Positions 1-13,700 of a DNA stretch of 64,000 bases are shown in pieces. Made by a program: the position numbers and the translations under genes. Within the stretch, counting starts at the first letter, position 1, and each line of letters starts with the position of its first letter. The notes below the pieces were generated by a model. That model was not told the origin of the DNA. It saw only the letters and a program-made list of their open reading frames with translations, and did not search any database. Origin of the DNA: Schmidtea polychroa (lineage: Eukaryota); the NCBI GenBank assembly GCA_044892525.1, contig CM097885.1, forward strand, positions 114,886,001 to 114,950,000, in the 5' to 3' direction.

Positions 1-430
1 TGATTAATAAAATTATAAATTTCAAGTTCTTCAAATATTCATATTAAAATTTGTAAGATAATATCTAAAAATAAGAGACTTAACAAGATTTCATAGAAAT
101 TGTCAAATAAGCCATAAACTCAGATACTGTATTATTGATGCATCGAGCCCTATACATATGTTGGCCTATAGCAGATTCAATTTCCCATTTCGAAAAGAAT
201 TAATTTAGCAATTTCTATTTAATTTTTTTGACTGATTGTCCGTGGATCAATTAAATAATCAAATATAGGCAATTATTTGAAATAACTTTAAAACATAAAG
301 TTAGTCGAAAATCTTAAATAAAACTAATTTATATAATTAGTATTTTCAGAAAAAATAAATGAATGAAAAAATATATGAATTAATTCATACAGAATATAAA
401 AATTCAAATAAATAGTAATATTGTAAATAC

Positions 431-1716
431 CGTAGACGTTATTTTAGAAGTCTGTAAGGTGTTAACTAGCTGTTCATCGTCCAACAATGAACCCTGAGCT
501 TCATTCAATAGTCGCAGTATTTCATCCTCTAATTCTGCTAATTTTCTTTTGCCAGCAGCAATACTCATAACCAAATTGTCCTTTTGTTCTTCTAGTTCAG
601 GTCTTTCCTTCCGAACCACAATTCCCAATAATTGAGCTTCTAAACCTTGTTCTTTCACTGCGAAATTTACTATGCATGTTTTTGTACTTATTTCTGGAGT
701 ATAATGCGGATTTGGCAGTTTTGTGGTGATATAAAATCTGAAATCGTAATTGTATTCAATTTCCTTGTCTCCTAATTTCATAACAGATGCACCACCAATT
801 TTCACAATAGATTTATTCAAAATTGGATCTAAACTAGGGTCCAGTTTTTCTTGTACATTTTGCAACAATACGGGTTGACCAAATTGAATAGCGATTTCAA
901 GAACACGAATAAAATCAGGCATGTGAAGATCTATGACTTTGAGTTTCTTTCCTTCCATTTGTTTTATCCATTTTTGAGCTTGGCATTGTGGATCAACCAT
1001 TAAAGGCCATCGACTTCCTCTTGTTACAATGACTCCATTTTCCACAGAAAATCCATCTCTAGGCAATCCTTGAATATTCCAGTCTCTTATCTATATAAAA
1101 GCAATGACAGAAACACTAAAATCACAAATTTACTTGAGTTGGATTGGAAAGAAATTCAATAAATGAAAAGGAAGGGTTTGCTGGAATCTGTTCTTTTTTT
1201 ATTGCTTCTGTCCACTTTATTACTAAAGCTTCTCTATAATCGCTTAAAAATGGGCCCATGTATGATAAGAAAGCTGACGCTATCAAACAATCACCAGGTA
1301 GAAGACCAATTTGATTTTCTAAATCAGCAACTGTCTTTTCCCATCTATCTTTTTCACCAGCAAGTCCGCTAACTAATTTACTGGCCCGATCCAACATTTT
1401 CTCCGTATGCTCCGCTTTTCTTCTTAATTCTTCTTTTTGTTCCATCTTAAAACGGATAAATATTTTAAATATTTATATTAAAACTTTGTTAACTAACCTT
1501 TTCATTATATTCCTGTTGAAGTCGTTTCATTTCTTCCATTACTGCATCCAATTTAGCCTGTGCAGCTGCAAGTTGAGCTTGCTTTTCTCTTAAAACTGAT
1601 TCAGCAGCTTGTAAACGCTGTCTTTTAGGCTCAACTACTCTGTAAACTCTACCATAAACTTCCATAGCTCCGACCCACATACACAAAGATTTAGCAGCTA
1701 GAGAAACTTTACCAAC
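431..1716 (-). CDS. DNAH2: Dynein heavy chain exons 39-41 (stalk CC2, AAA5)
   Basis: [95 protein letters not shown]. Confidence 0.95.
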
Positions 1717-4700
1717 CTAAAATTGAAATGAAATAAAATTCTATCAGTTAAAAATAATTAACATCATAGAAAACTAAACGAGTATGTTTTTAAAATAAAA
1801 AATATTTAGTTATTTATAAAGTAAAACAGATATTTAGTTATAAACTCACAAACACAAAAATACAAAAATAGTATAATAAGTAATATATTTTCAGCCCCTT
1901 AGAAGATAGGGTGTATCACATACAAATCCCCTCCAAAAGTAATTCCAACATTGTTAAACTATATGTGGGTAACTAAAGCAGGTCACTAGTTCTTAACTTT
2001 ATGAAAAAAAATGTGTGTATGAATTTATTATTTTTATAATTATTTTTATAAACTTTAAAAAACAATAAAAAGCAATAAAAAGCCAATAAAAACAACATGA
2101 AAAAAGACAAAATAAATTAGTCGTAATTAATATTGCAATTGGAAATATTCATGTACAAATATTTTTAATGATAAATAAAATCGTATAAGAAAACAGATCA
2201 AAGAGGAAGGAGAAAAGATGTAGAGAAACTTTACCAACCTAAAGATAGAAATGAAATAAAATTCTATCAGTTAAAAAGAATTAACATCATAGAAAACTAA
2301 ACGAGTATTACTCATAAAAATTATAAACTCTACAAAAAAATTGCATTGATAAACTCACCATATCTGGTTGAAAATCATCCTGAGCAACATAAGTCCCTAT
2401 TTTTTTTAGAGTTCGGTCAGAAATATTATCTTTGTCAAAATTGATAAGCTGCTTAATAAAATCTTGTTCACCAAGATGTTTTTTAGCTTCAGCCCATGTC
2501 GGTTCAGCCCCTCTAAGAATCATGACGGCTTCCATTACTTTTTGAACTAATGCTGGTGGTTTTCCATATGATTTTATTTCTGTTATGTCCTTTTTATTCA
2601 AAGATTCTAGAGCTTGCATAGCAGCTTCTAGTGCAGGCATTGCTTGAGCCAAATCTGCAAGAGCTAATTCTTGCATTTTCAAACATTTAGCCTCGTCAAC
2701 TTTGATACGTTCTTGAGTTTGCATGACCGACTATTAAAACACAATTAATTAATATATATAATTAATGTTTGAACTTTGGCTTGATCATCAGCTTCTCTTT
2801 TCTGCTGAACAATTACTACAAGATAATCATCACATTCTTTCTGAAAAATTGCCAATTTTTTTCGGGCTTCTTCCAATTCAATGGACATTACTGTTATATA
2901 AATACAAGAATAAGACAAATTGATTTATTAGTAAATTTATTTCTACTTTCAACTTTAGCACGAGTTTCATCAATTTTACCAAGACCATTTTTTAATTTAT
3001 TTGCCGAATCACTGAGTTGTTTCCTTTTTTCCACCAAAAGTCTAATTTCATAACAAAAGAATATTTCAAAAAATACAATGCAACAAAATATCAAGATAAT
3101 TAATAAATAAATGATTTGTCAAGAAATCAAATGTGGAAAATATAAGACTCAATTTTTATAAATATATATTTCCCCTTTATAATTATAATCTTTACATTAA
3201 TCATAACATGTTTCATACTGCCTCCATTTCATATACTAAATAAATTTATAAAACAATTTCAATTTTACTTTACATAATGATGGCACTTCTCAAATCAGGA
3301 TGGTATCGTTTTACGTTGTTTTTCTTTAGAACTTCGACAAAATTCTACTCTCCAATTCCTTCGACCGGAATGTGAAAGTGAGGCGAAACTTGCTCTTTAA
3401 GCAATTTACTTAATATTTTCATCGATATTTGTTATCAAATAATGATTCTTTTATATCGTATTACAATGATTTATGTTCACATTAAATTTTAATTAATTAA
3501 CTAAAATTGCTACATTTCAACCATTTCACCCTTTCGAAATTTATTAATATTTCTAATTTTAAATCAATTAAATTGTTTTGTGTATTATTAATACGATGTA
3601 GACATCCGAATTAGGACTCATTGACGTAATACTAATGAAAATTTTAAAGGTTTTGATAATACCAACAGAAATAATGATAATTAAAGAGTTTTATTTAAAA
3701 AATAAACATTGAGTCCTATTTATTTATTTATTTTGATGGAATTGAAATATTTATAAACTTATTATTTTTATATCAAAAGTAATAACACTTTAAAAGTTAT
3801 TTATAAATATAATTTATCTTTATAAAATTGGTTGTGGATATTGTTGATAAAATTTGCAATAAAAAAATTACTAAAAATAGAATTAAATAACTAAATTAAA
3901 ATTTAATAATTACTACTAAATAGTTATTTCAATTTAGATTTAAATATAAAAACATTAAAAGTAATTAGTATATAAAAGAATACTTTCGCAAAATTATTCG
4001 ACAATTTTGTGGTGACTATTAGCAGAATTTAAAATTCAATTGAATAGTTAAATAAATTGTTAATTAAATTTGAGTTAATTAAGCATGAATTACGAAACAA
4101 CAGTGACAATGTGCATGGACTGTGAAGCCAAACAGCTGTCACAACATTCCTATATAAAAAGACGATTTTCAATTAGAGTCAGTTCACCAAACGGCTTCCT
4201 TGTATCATGGTAGCCGAAACAATGACTTATCTCTCTTAAAAAGGTGGAGCACTGCAACTTCTAATTTACTATATATATATATATACTAAAACAAAAATGA
4301 GTCTAAATTACTTAATAGAAACGCGACCAATATTTATTATTTATTTATTCACAGTTTTAAGACAATTATCCTCATTAATCTTAACAATAAAAATTATTAT
4401 TATTAGTAATTTTTAAAACTAATTTTAGAATAATTAAAAATTAATAATAAAAGAATTTTTAATTACATTTTGTATCCTGATACCAATTCCAGATAATTTG
4501 TCGGAGTAACATAGTTATGTCTTTTCATTTCATCTAGCATTCTTTGAGACATATCTGAAACCGATCGATGCATTAGAGAAAATATCGTTGCTAGGTGTGG
4601 TTTCATTCGATCCTGCAAATAAAAAAAATTAGNNNNNNNNNNNNNNNNNNNNNNNNNNNNNNNNNNNNNNNNNNNNNNNNNNNNNNNNNNNNNNNNNNNN

Positions 4701-7700
4701 NNNNNNNNNNNNNNNNNNNNNNNNNNNNNNNNNNNNNNNNNNNNNNNNNNNNNNNNNNNNNNNNNNNNNNNNNNNNNNNNNNNNNNNNNNNNNNNNNNNN
4801 NNNNNNNNNNNNNNNNNNNNNTATAACAAAAATAATATACAATGATAATAAACGACAAAATAAGAAAAAAATAATAAATTGGAACAAGAAACCAATATTT
4901 CCATAAAATAAATGAAAAAGATTTGCATAAATAGATAAATATATATGGAGCTTAGGCAAATTAAAGTTTCAGCAAAACAATCTTACTCCATTTTTGATAC
5001 TTTCTTCCAGCTATAAAAACAATAATTGAAAAAATAATTTGATCATCAATATATATCAGTGATAACTTTATGGTAAAAATTTCAGCTTCTTTAGAAATTA
5101 AAATTTCATGAAATATCGTAAAAAATGCAGAAAAATTATTATTTTTTTTCCATTTACAATATCTAAATATAAACAATAAATTTACCTACAAAATATAAAC
5201 ATTTCAAGTTGGAGATCTTTAAGAATTCAACATTTGAATTTTACTTATACTCCATATCTGACTAAGTGGTATAAAAGTAAAAGTAGTAAAAGTGGTGTAA
5301 AAAACCCCAAAATAATGACTTAAATAAGTTTTCAGTCATGATTCAAAACAAATTAAATAAAAACTAAAACTAAATATAAACTTAAAAAAATTTTATATAT
5401 CTTACCGATTTTCTTTGAACCTTGTTTTATTTAAAAAATTTAATAAATAAATAAATACTTCACATCAATATTACGATTGAAAAACACAAAATTTTATAAA
5501 AATTAAATAATAAATAATACAATTATGAATTCTTAAAAAATTAAAGAACTCAATTTAATTTTAGATTTGATCTAAAACTGTGAATATTAGAGATATATAN
5601 NNNNNNNNNNNNNNNNNNNNNNNNNNNNNNNNNNNNNNNNNNNNNNNNNNNNNNNNNNNNNNNNNNNNNNNNNNNNNNNNNNNNNNNNNNNNNNNNNNNN
5701 NNNNNNNNNNNNNNNNNNNNNNNNNNNNNNNNNNNNNNNNNNNNNNNNNNNNNNNNNNNNNNNNNNNNNNNNNNNNNNNNNNNNNNNNNNNNNNNNNNNT
5801 TTTTATATGACTAATGAACTTTGTTTCTATACTCAGAAATATGCATTTTTCGAGTATCATTTTTAAACCTGAGTTTTTTATTCACTTAGAATTTAATTTA
5901 GTCTGCTAATATGACCTTATCTTCTGAAAAAATTAGAATATCGTCAAGATTTGCTACAGGAGGTTTCCATAAAAAACCACCTAGTATTTTATTCTAGTAA
6001 AACAAAACGGCCCTATGGATATGGAGAAAGATGTCTTTTACTGACAGCTATCCGCAAGTTCTACCTGCCAATACCTATCGTACGATAAAACATTAATCAA
6101 GTTAGTGAATCGAGCATTTGTTCAATATTAGGCATCGGAAATATTAGTCCTAATGTAATTTTGTTTAAATTTTAAAATCAAAATATAGTTTGATATCTTT
6201 TTTGTCCTTCTTCATGACACATACCAATTGGGCGTTCAAAGTAAAATAACACATTATTCTGTTCTTTTCTAAATTTTTTATTACATCTTCGATCTTTGTT
6301 TCTTAATATACAGGTCATTAATATATCAAGACAGGTTGAATCTGGACAACATATTGATAGCAATTCCTAACAAAGAAGTACAACTAAATGACATCGAGAA
6401 GCTTTTTCAAACTCTAAACACCACAAATCTAAAAATCAACATTCAAAAATGCGAATTTTTTAAAAAAGATATTGATTTCCTAGGACATTCTGTAGATGAA
6501 AAAGGCACAAAACCAATAGAAAAAAAAGAAATACAATCCAACAGTTCAAACTACCAAACACGAACAGAGAACTAAGAAGATTTCTAAAAAGTAGTCTAAG
6601 TCTTTGAGCTGCCCTCGCCCCTTTCATTTATTTCATCCATATAACCAATACAAAAGAATATTTTATTCACCAAAATACTATCTTACCATAACAGTTTTTT
6701 AATTATAATTGTCATAAAATCGTTAATAATTTTGAAATTAACTGTATCAATCAGAGACTGAAACCGAACCCAAATGGTTTCAGGTTCGTTGTTTATTTAA
6801 CCATGAACCCGAACCCTGTTGAACCCAGAAACTAAAAATTTTTTTAAAAAATTTATACTGTGAATTTTTTTAGAAAAATAAAGAGTACAAAAAAGTAGTA
6901 AAGTTTTCGTATTCGTTAATGTTGCCTAGCTTATTTTCTTATTTTCTACGATAAAAAAATGTCAAAAAAATAATTTCAATCAAAATTGATTTTGCTTCTC
7001 GCCTTGAAAGATGTATTGTAGGAATAAATACTCAATATATTTTTGACGGAAAAATAAAGCTATGAACTTTGGACATGCATGAGGCCCAAGATCGCCAAAC
7101 AGAAATCTACATAAAAAATCTTATCATCAGTGTTCTTGATTCTTATGACATCAAATTGCAGCAAGTTTATTCAATTACGTTAGATAATGGGAAAAATATG
7201 AAGAATATATGAAAAATAATGAAAACTTTGAAACGGAAGATGAATTTAACATAGCTGAAGAAAATGCTTTAACTAATATTGAACAAGAAGGAGCAGAAAC
7301 ATTATCAAATTCGTACCCAAATATTATTCATTTCAGGTGTGTTGCTCATAGTGTACAGTTGGCAGTGCTCGATACTATATCTAGTCCTGCTTTTAAGAAA
7401 ATACTAGATGAATGCAGAGCTATTTGCAAAAAATTACGAACACCAAATATTTCTTATTTAGCTAAGAAGCTAAACATGAAAAAAGCCATACTAGACTTTC
7501 CAACTAGGCTAAAAAAGTCCTATTGGAATACAGAAGTTTTTATTCGGATTTAATGAATGTTGTAATATGAATGATAGTACTTGGAATATTTGTTGAAGTT
7601 TTTGCACCTGTTAAAAAATTAGCACTTAAACTACAAGAAGATCAGATGAATTTAGGTGGTTTTTATGGAATCTGGCTGAGTTTTAAATTAGAGCTGACAA

Positions 7701-10700
7701 AAAATGACCAAATAAAAACATTATCCAAAGAATTATATTCAAATACATGTATTATTAAAAGAGAAAAAAACTTTATTAATAATCCACTTTTGATTGCAGC
7801 AGTAGATCGATCGATAGCAGATTTAGATTAATGCTAAGTCCTGAAAACATTTCCAATTGTAAGAGGCAAATTTTAAAAACAATAAAAAATTTCAAAAATT
7901 TACAAATGGAGAGAGAACAGAAAATTTTAGTTCTTCAGAATATTTCTTCCACATCTTCCATTGATAGTTCAGTTAAAAATGAGACGGAAATATAAGAAAA
8001 TTATCCAAAGCTAGCAAAAGAAAAAAGTATTTTAGAATTTTGGGACCAACATAAAATACAAACACGTTTACTATATCAGGTGGGCCGAATAATATTAGCA
8101 GTCCCTGTTACGCAAGTTAGCGTAGAGAGGGCTTTTTTCACCACAACGAGCAAATCTAACAGAAGAGAACTTAAAAAATATTTTAACTGTTAAGTTAAAT
8201 GAAAAATTTTTGAAAAATAAATAAAAGATTGTGCTTTTTTTCTAAATTTTGAACCCGAACTTGAACCCTGGACGAACCTGAACCTGGATTTTTTATTTTG
8301 ATTAACCCCAACCTGAACCTGAACCCAATTTTTTCCGGGTTTCAGTCTCTCGTATCAATAAATATAATTTAAATAAAATAATTTCTTTAATAAAAAGTAA
8401 GAAATAGTACAAACTTCTTCTCCTCCAATAAATAATTGTAAATCTTTTAAATATCTTTCAGCAACTTCAAGAAGAGCATCCAGTGGCCATTCACTAAACC
8501 AATCAATTGTTGTACAATTGACAAACGCTGGAAACATTCGAATTCTATTTCTAAAAGGTTCACCAACTGGACTCATGCACAAAACCACGTGCATATTGCC
8601 TCTAACTCGATCAATAAGATAAGTAAATATTGACTGAAAAAAATTATATAATAATACAAAGTATTAAAATATGATGAACTTGAGTTGTGTCTTCTATTCC
8701 ATCACGTTTCGCTTCATCAGATAACTGATTTCGAAGATCATCAATTTCATCTTGTTTATAAAGATTTGGAATTTCACCAGAACTTAGTATATTATTAATA
8801 TCTTCCAAGAAACTTTCGTCAACAACTTGAGTATCATTAAACAAGAAAAGAGTTGGTTTATTATCCACACCGGCTTGCCAATACAGTCGTTTTAAATCTA
8901 TTAAAATATGCATATTTAAAATATGTTTTAATATTAGTTACTTTTTAAAATAAAGCTATGAAAGGGACATTTCTTTAATTATGAAAATTAAAGATTATAT
9001 TATAATGTTTATTATATTATAATTCATAAATAACAAAGTTAATTGGTTCCCTTTTACATATAGATAAATATTTTATAAGTAAAACACGATTTTTAAGGAA
9101 AGTATAATTTTATAATTTATCTATTCATAACGATTCTTTAATTATTCTCCATCATTTTCATAGTCTAATTCTTTTTCTTTTTGCTTGAAATTATTTTAGA
9201 CACGCAGACAAATTCTTTCTATAATTTATTCTGTGTATTAAGAAGAGACATAGTTATAACAAATTTTTATTCGGCCAAACAAATTTCCAACCCGCTATTA
9301 TATAGCTCTTATTGGTTTATTGGATTACTATTATTGGTTTACATATTATAGATACAGAATACCTATAAACATACATACATTCGAAAATTCGAAAACAACC
9401 ATCAAACATCATAAATAAACTCTGAATCATTTTCATAGTCTAATTCTTTTTCTTTTTGCTTGAAATTATTTTAGACACGCAGACAAATTCTTTCTATAAT
9501 TTATTCTGTGTATTAAGAAGAGACATAGTTATAACAAATTTTTATTCGGCCAAACAAATTTCCAACCCGCTATTATATAGCTCTTATTGGTTTATTGGAT
9601 TACTATTATTGGTTTACATATTATAGATACAGAATACCTATAAACATACATACATTCGAAAATTCGAAAACAACCATCAAACATCATAAATAAACTCTGA
9701 TTTTTAAACTACGATTAATTAATTCGTATACTAAAGAAAAATTGGGAAAGGTGGTAGAAGTTTAAAAATTGAAAAATGATTTAATCGAAATTGATAAGCG
9801 AAATGATGAGTTAACCGAGCAAATTGATCACAGTACGAAGCCAGAGACAAGGATCATCCATGAAATTCAGTGTGATTCTATTTTAAAACAAAAGTCCCCT
9901 GATGTTGGAATTCTTGAGTTTTATTCATATCTCCAACAAGAAAGATTTCCAAGGTTGCATTCTCAGACAGTAAATATTATTTACAATGTTTGGAGCACCT
10001 AACTTTGTGAACAATTTTTTTCATTGATGAAATTCAACATATCTTCAACAAGAACAAAGTTAAGTGACGAACATTTACAAGCAACACTAAGACTGGCCAC
10101 AACTTCAAAGATTGTTCCTAATATTGATGCTCTTGTGGTGGCTAAACGTTGCCAATTAAGTAGCCAGAAATAAAAATAATATATTTGACGCTTTGCTTGT
10201 CTTTATTTAAATGATTTTGTGTTACATTTTTATGTTCATAATAATGTTTTTTTCTTATTTCTAATAAATTGCAATTATGTTGCGATTCGCCTGTCCCATA
10301 ATACTAGTCTAATGCGGCCTGCAGGCCAGTTTGAGTTTGAGACCCCTGGTGTAATCTGATCTTGGTATTTTTATCGGATCAGTTTCTTTTTATAATCTTC
10401 TATACTATTTTCTATTGTTAAGGTTATTGTTATCATTGAATATGTAATTTTGTTTCGTTAATTTGTTTCTTGAATAAACTTCCTAAATTTCTTAAGTTAT
10501 ATATCGCTTTTTGGGTTTTAAATTCTTTTCCGTATTTGCTCATTGATTTGTTTATTTATTTAATTTTAAAATTCTCTATAGTAACTATTTACTATAGAGA
10601 ATTATCCTATTATCCTTTTAATATTGTCCTTTTATCCTTTTATTATTGTAAACGATAATAAAAGTAACAATTGCAAATCCTAATTACAAATAATAAAACT

Positions 10701-13700
10701 ACATAACTTCCCCCGTTAAAACCGAAGATTAACAATTTTAACAATTTTACAAAATCCACATTTTACTGTGACTTGCGTTAGGTTTATTTCGTTTTTGTTT
10801 GTTTTTTTGTGTTTTACAACGCACTATAAAAATATGAAAGTTTGTAAAATGTTGTTTTTGTGTTTTGTGTTTTATTTGAAACAATCGCTTAAGCGTTTCT
10901 TGTATTCTGGTATGATTGCGGTGTTTTTTGTTGAGAGGTTTTGTTCAGATCGATTAGTTTGTAGGGGCCTTCATATCTTGATTCCTGATCTGTGTTTGTC
11001 TGCGTTTCGATTCGTGAAAGTGTGTCTGTGGTTATGTTATGTGCACCCGTTATGTATTTTATTTCACAATTGAATTGTGAGATGTAATTTAGCTACCGTA
11101 TTTGTCTTGGGGACGGTAATTTCATGTTGATTGCAATTACTAGTGGTTTGTAGTCTGTTAACACTTTGAACTCTTTCCTTCTAAAAGTATTGAAAGTGTT
11201 TTATTGTGTCGTGTACGCCAGCAGTTCTCTGTCGAAAGTGAAATATCTCATTTGGTGTGCTTTGAGTTTTTTTGAAAAGAATGCAATGGGTTGTTTTTCG
11301 TTGTTTTACTCTTGGAATATCGTGTCTCCCATCGCTGTTCCTGAGCAATTTGGGTTTATGGTGTATGTTAGGTTGAAATTGATCTCAGATCTTTTGTTGT
11401 TTGGGAAGTGGAAATTCTTTGATTGCCTTTATTTTGTCCTCCAATTTCATGAAGGTTGATTTTAAGGTTGTGGTTGTTGATGGTTTTTAGGACTTCGTTT
11501 ATGTCTTGTATGTGTTCTGCCCTTTTTGTTGATGCGATTAAAATGTCATCTAAATACGCTACTGTGTTTCTGTGATTTCTTAGTATTTGATCCATGAATC
11601 TCTTAAACGTCGCGGCTGCGTTTTCTAAATCAAATAGCATTCTGTCGTATTCGAATAGGCCAATTGGTGCTATTATTGTAGTCTTTTTAATGTCTTCGTC
11701 GCGCACTGGAATTTAGTGATAGGCTTTTTGTAATTCGATCTTGCTGAAATAGTTTGGGTTGTCGGGTACTGTGATATTGGTTATTGTTCTGTAATCCCCG
11801 CATACTCTCCATTCGCCGTTTGCTTTTTACTTTCTTTATCACAGAATTCAGAAGTTTATTGGTTTCGTTGTTAGGGTTTTCTTGTTTTTGAATACTGCAA
11901 TGTCGGCTAGAGTGTCGAGGTCTGTGCAGTTGTTTTTTCTATTTGTCTTATTTCTATTTATTAGGGTTTTGTATAGCATTTCAAAAGGGTCGTCGTTGAC
12001 TGCTATCTCGTCTTAAAATATTACTAGGTAGTGCGGCTATTATGTGTGAGCAGTGTTCTTGATGATTTCATGCCCGATATAGTTATATATAATCTATATA
12101 TAATCTAATATATATAATATATATAATATATCTATATATAATCTAATCATTTTGGGAGTGTGCCATTTTCGTCCGTAAAAAAATTGGGTATGTTAGCTTT
12201 GTGGTTTATTATTGAGTTTATGGTGTGGGTTTATTGGTATTTGGGTTAAAGTGGTGGTTGGTATATTCAATTGTGTGTGTGTTTTCGTTGTTGGGTGTTT
12301 GTGAAATGTTTGTTGTATTATTTGTTGGGATTGTTTGGTTATTTGGTTTGATTGTGTAGCAAAAAGAAATTGAGGTTATTTGAAGGATATGGCTTACTGT
12401 ATTCAGCCAAAAGAGTCACTAGCCTTTATAGTTCTATAATAACTATGTTAAAAGGTTTCGTGATTAAAGAACAAATCTGTCGAATGCGAGTTGGAATTTG
12501 CAGAATGGATTTGGCTGGAAGAGATTTGACACATTATTTGATGAAAATTAAACAAAACATTGACATTGTACATTATCTATATGATTCGTTGTTGATAATT
12601 TCTACGTTGTTTGCATTGTTTAGTAGTATTGTTTACTTGTATAATCAAAGTTATTTCAAAGATAAAAATTCGATTGGACTCATATATATTCTAAATTTAC
12701 AAGTCTCTGGTGCAGTTGCTATCTAGGAGAAATCATATGCATATAACAATGACTTTTATATATTGATCGTACATGGTTTTGATTTATTTGAAGAATAAAC
12801 TCTGCTTCAAAAATATCATTAAACAGAAATACAGAATTTTATAAAATTGATTAGAAATTTAAAACTGACCGTCTCGAAACTCTTGCTTCCGGTAATGCTT
12901 AGATACTTCGATTTGAAAGGATGTATATTCACACATATAAGCTGCAAGTCTGGTAAGGCTCTGACGTCCACTTCCTCCTATACCAACTAAGAGCATATTA
13001 CCTCGAGGTTGACGAATTACTCGAATGATTTTACTTACTGTAAAATAAATATATATTACTAAAATTCTGGGAAAATAGTACTGTGTTCAATAGCATCTCG
13101 GAAAAGAACCAAATCCATTTGAACAACTCCGGGAGTATTATTATATTCATCAAGCATTTCTTTCATGAATTTTTTAAGCTTTTCAATATCTGTAATGTCT
13201 TCATATGTCTCTGTTGAACTCATATAGTCACCAAAAATTGGACTTTGTTTATTCGGACAAATATTATGAAATGTTTGATCAAATAATGATCCTAGTTTGT
13301 CACTTAACAATTCGACAAAGGCAACTTTATCTTTATCTATTACCATACGATCGGCAAAAACTCTGAAATTTTCATGAATCCAAAGTCTGGTTATTGAATT
13401 TTTTGTATCATGGTAGTCTTTATTTGTTCTCAGCATTCCTTGAAATATCTTTAAAATATAAAACAATAATAAGACTAGATCAATGAATATTTTGAAGATA
13501 AGAAATTATAAAAAATATTTTAAAATATCCCAAATTCTAGATATGAACAAGTTATTATTGATCTTGACAATCTGGGATTAGGAATATTCCCACAATGGCC
13601 TCTGGAACTCATTTTTATTAACTAATTAAAAAAATATCTTTCATGTTGCATTAAAGCTGATTTTGTTTAACTAATAGCGTTGACCATAAACTTTTGACCA

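Noticed and set aside
1163-3053. Plus-strand ORFs 1163-1372 and 2769-3053 (also 21031, 24553, 46042, 47792, 57115)
   Set aside because: Antisense shadows of dynein exons with no independent motifs.
4195-4235. Possible hammerhead ribozyme (GTAGCCGAAAC) of a Penelope pLTR
   Set aside because: The required CTGANGA core is absent upstream; too degenerate to support.
4463-5860. ORFs full of X near the gaps at 4633-4821 and 5600-5799 (likewise 28541-28702, 41850-42089, 51468-51703)
   Set aside because: Artefacts of N-runs lacking stop codons; only the dynein exon portions are real.
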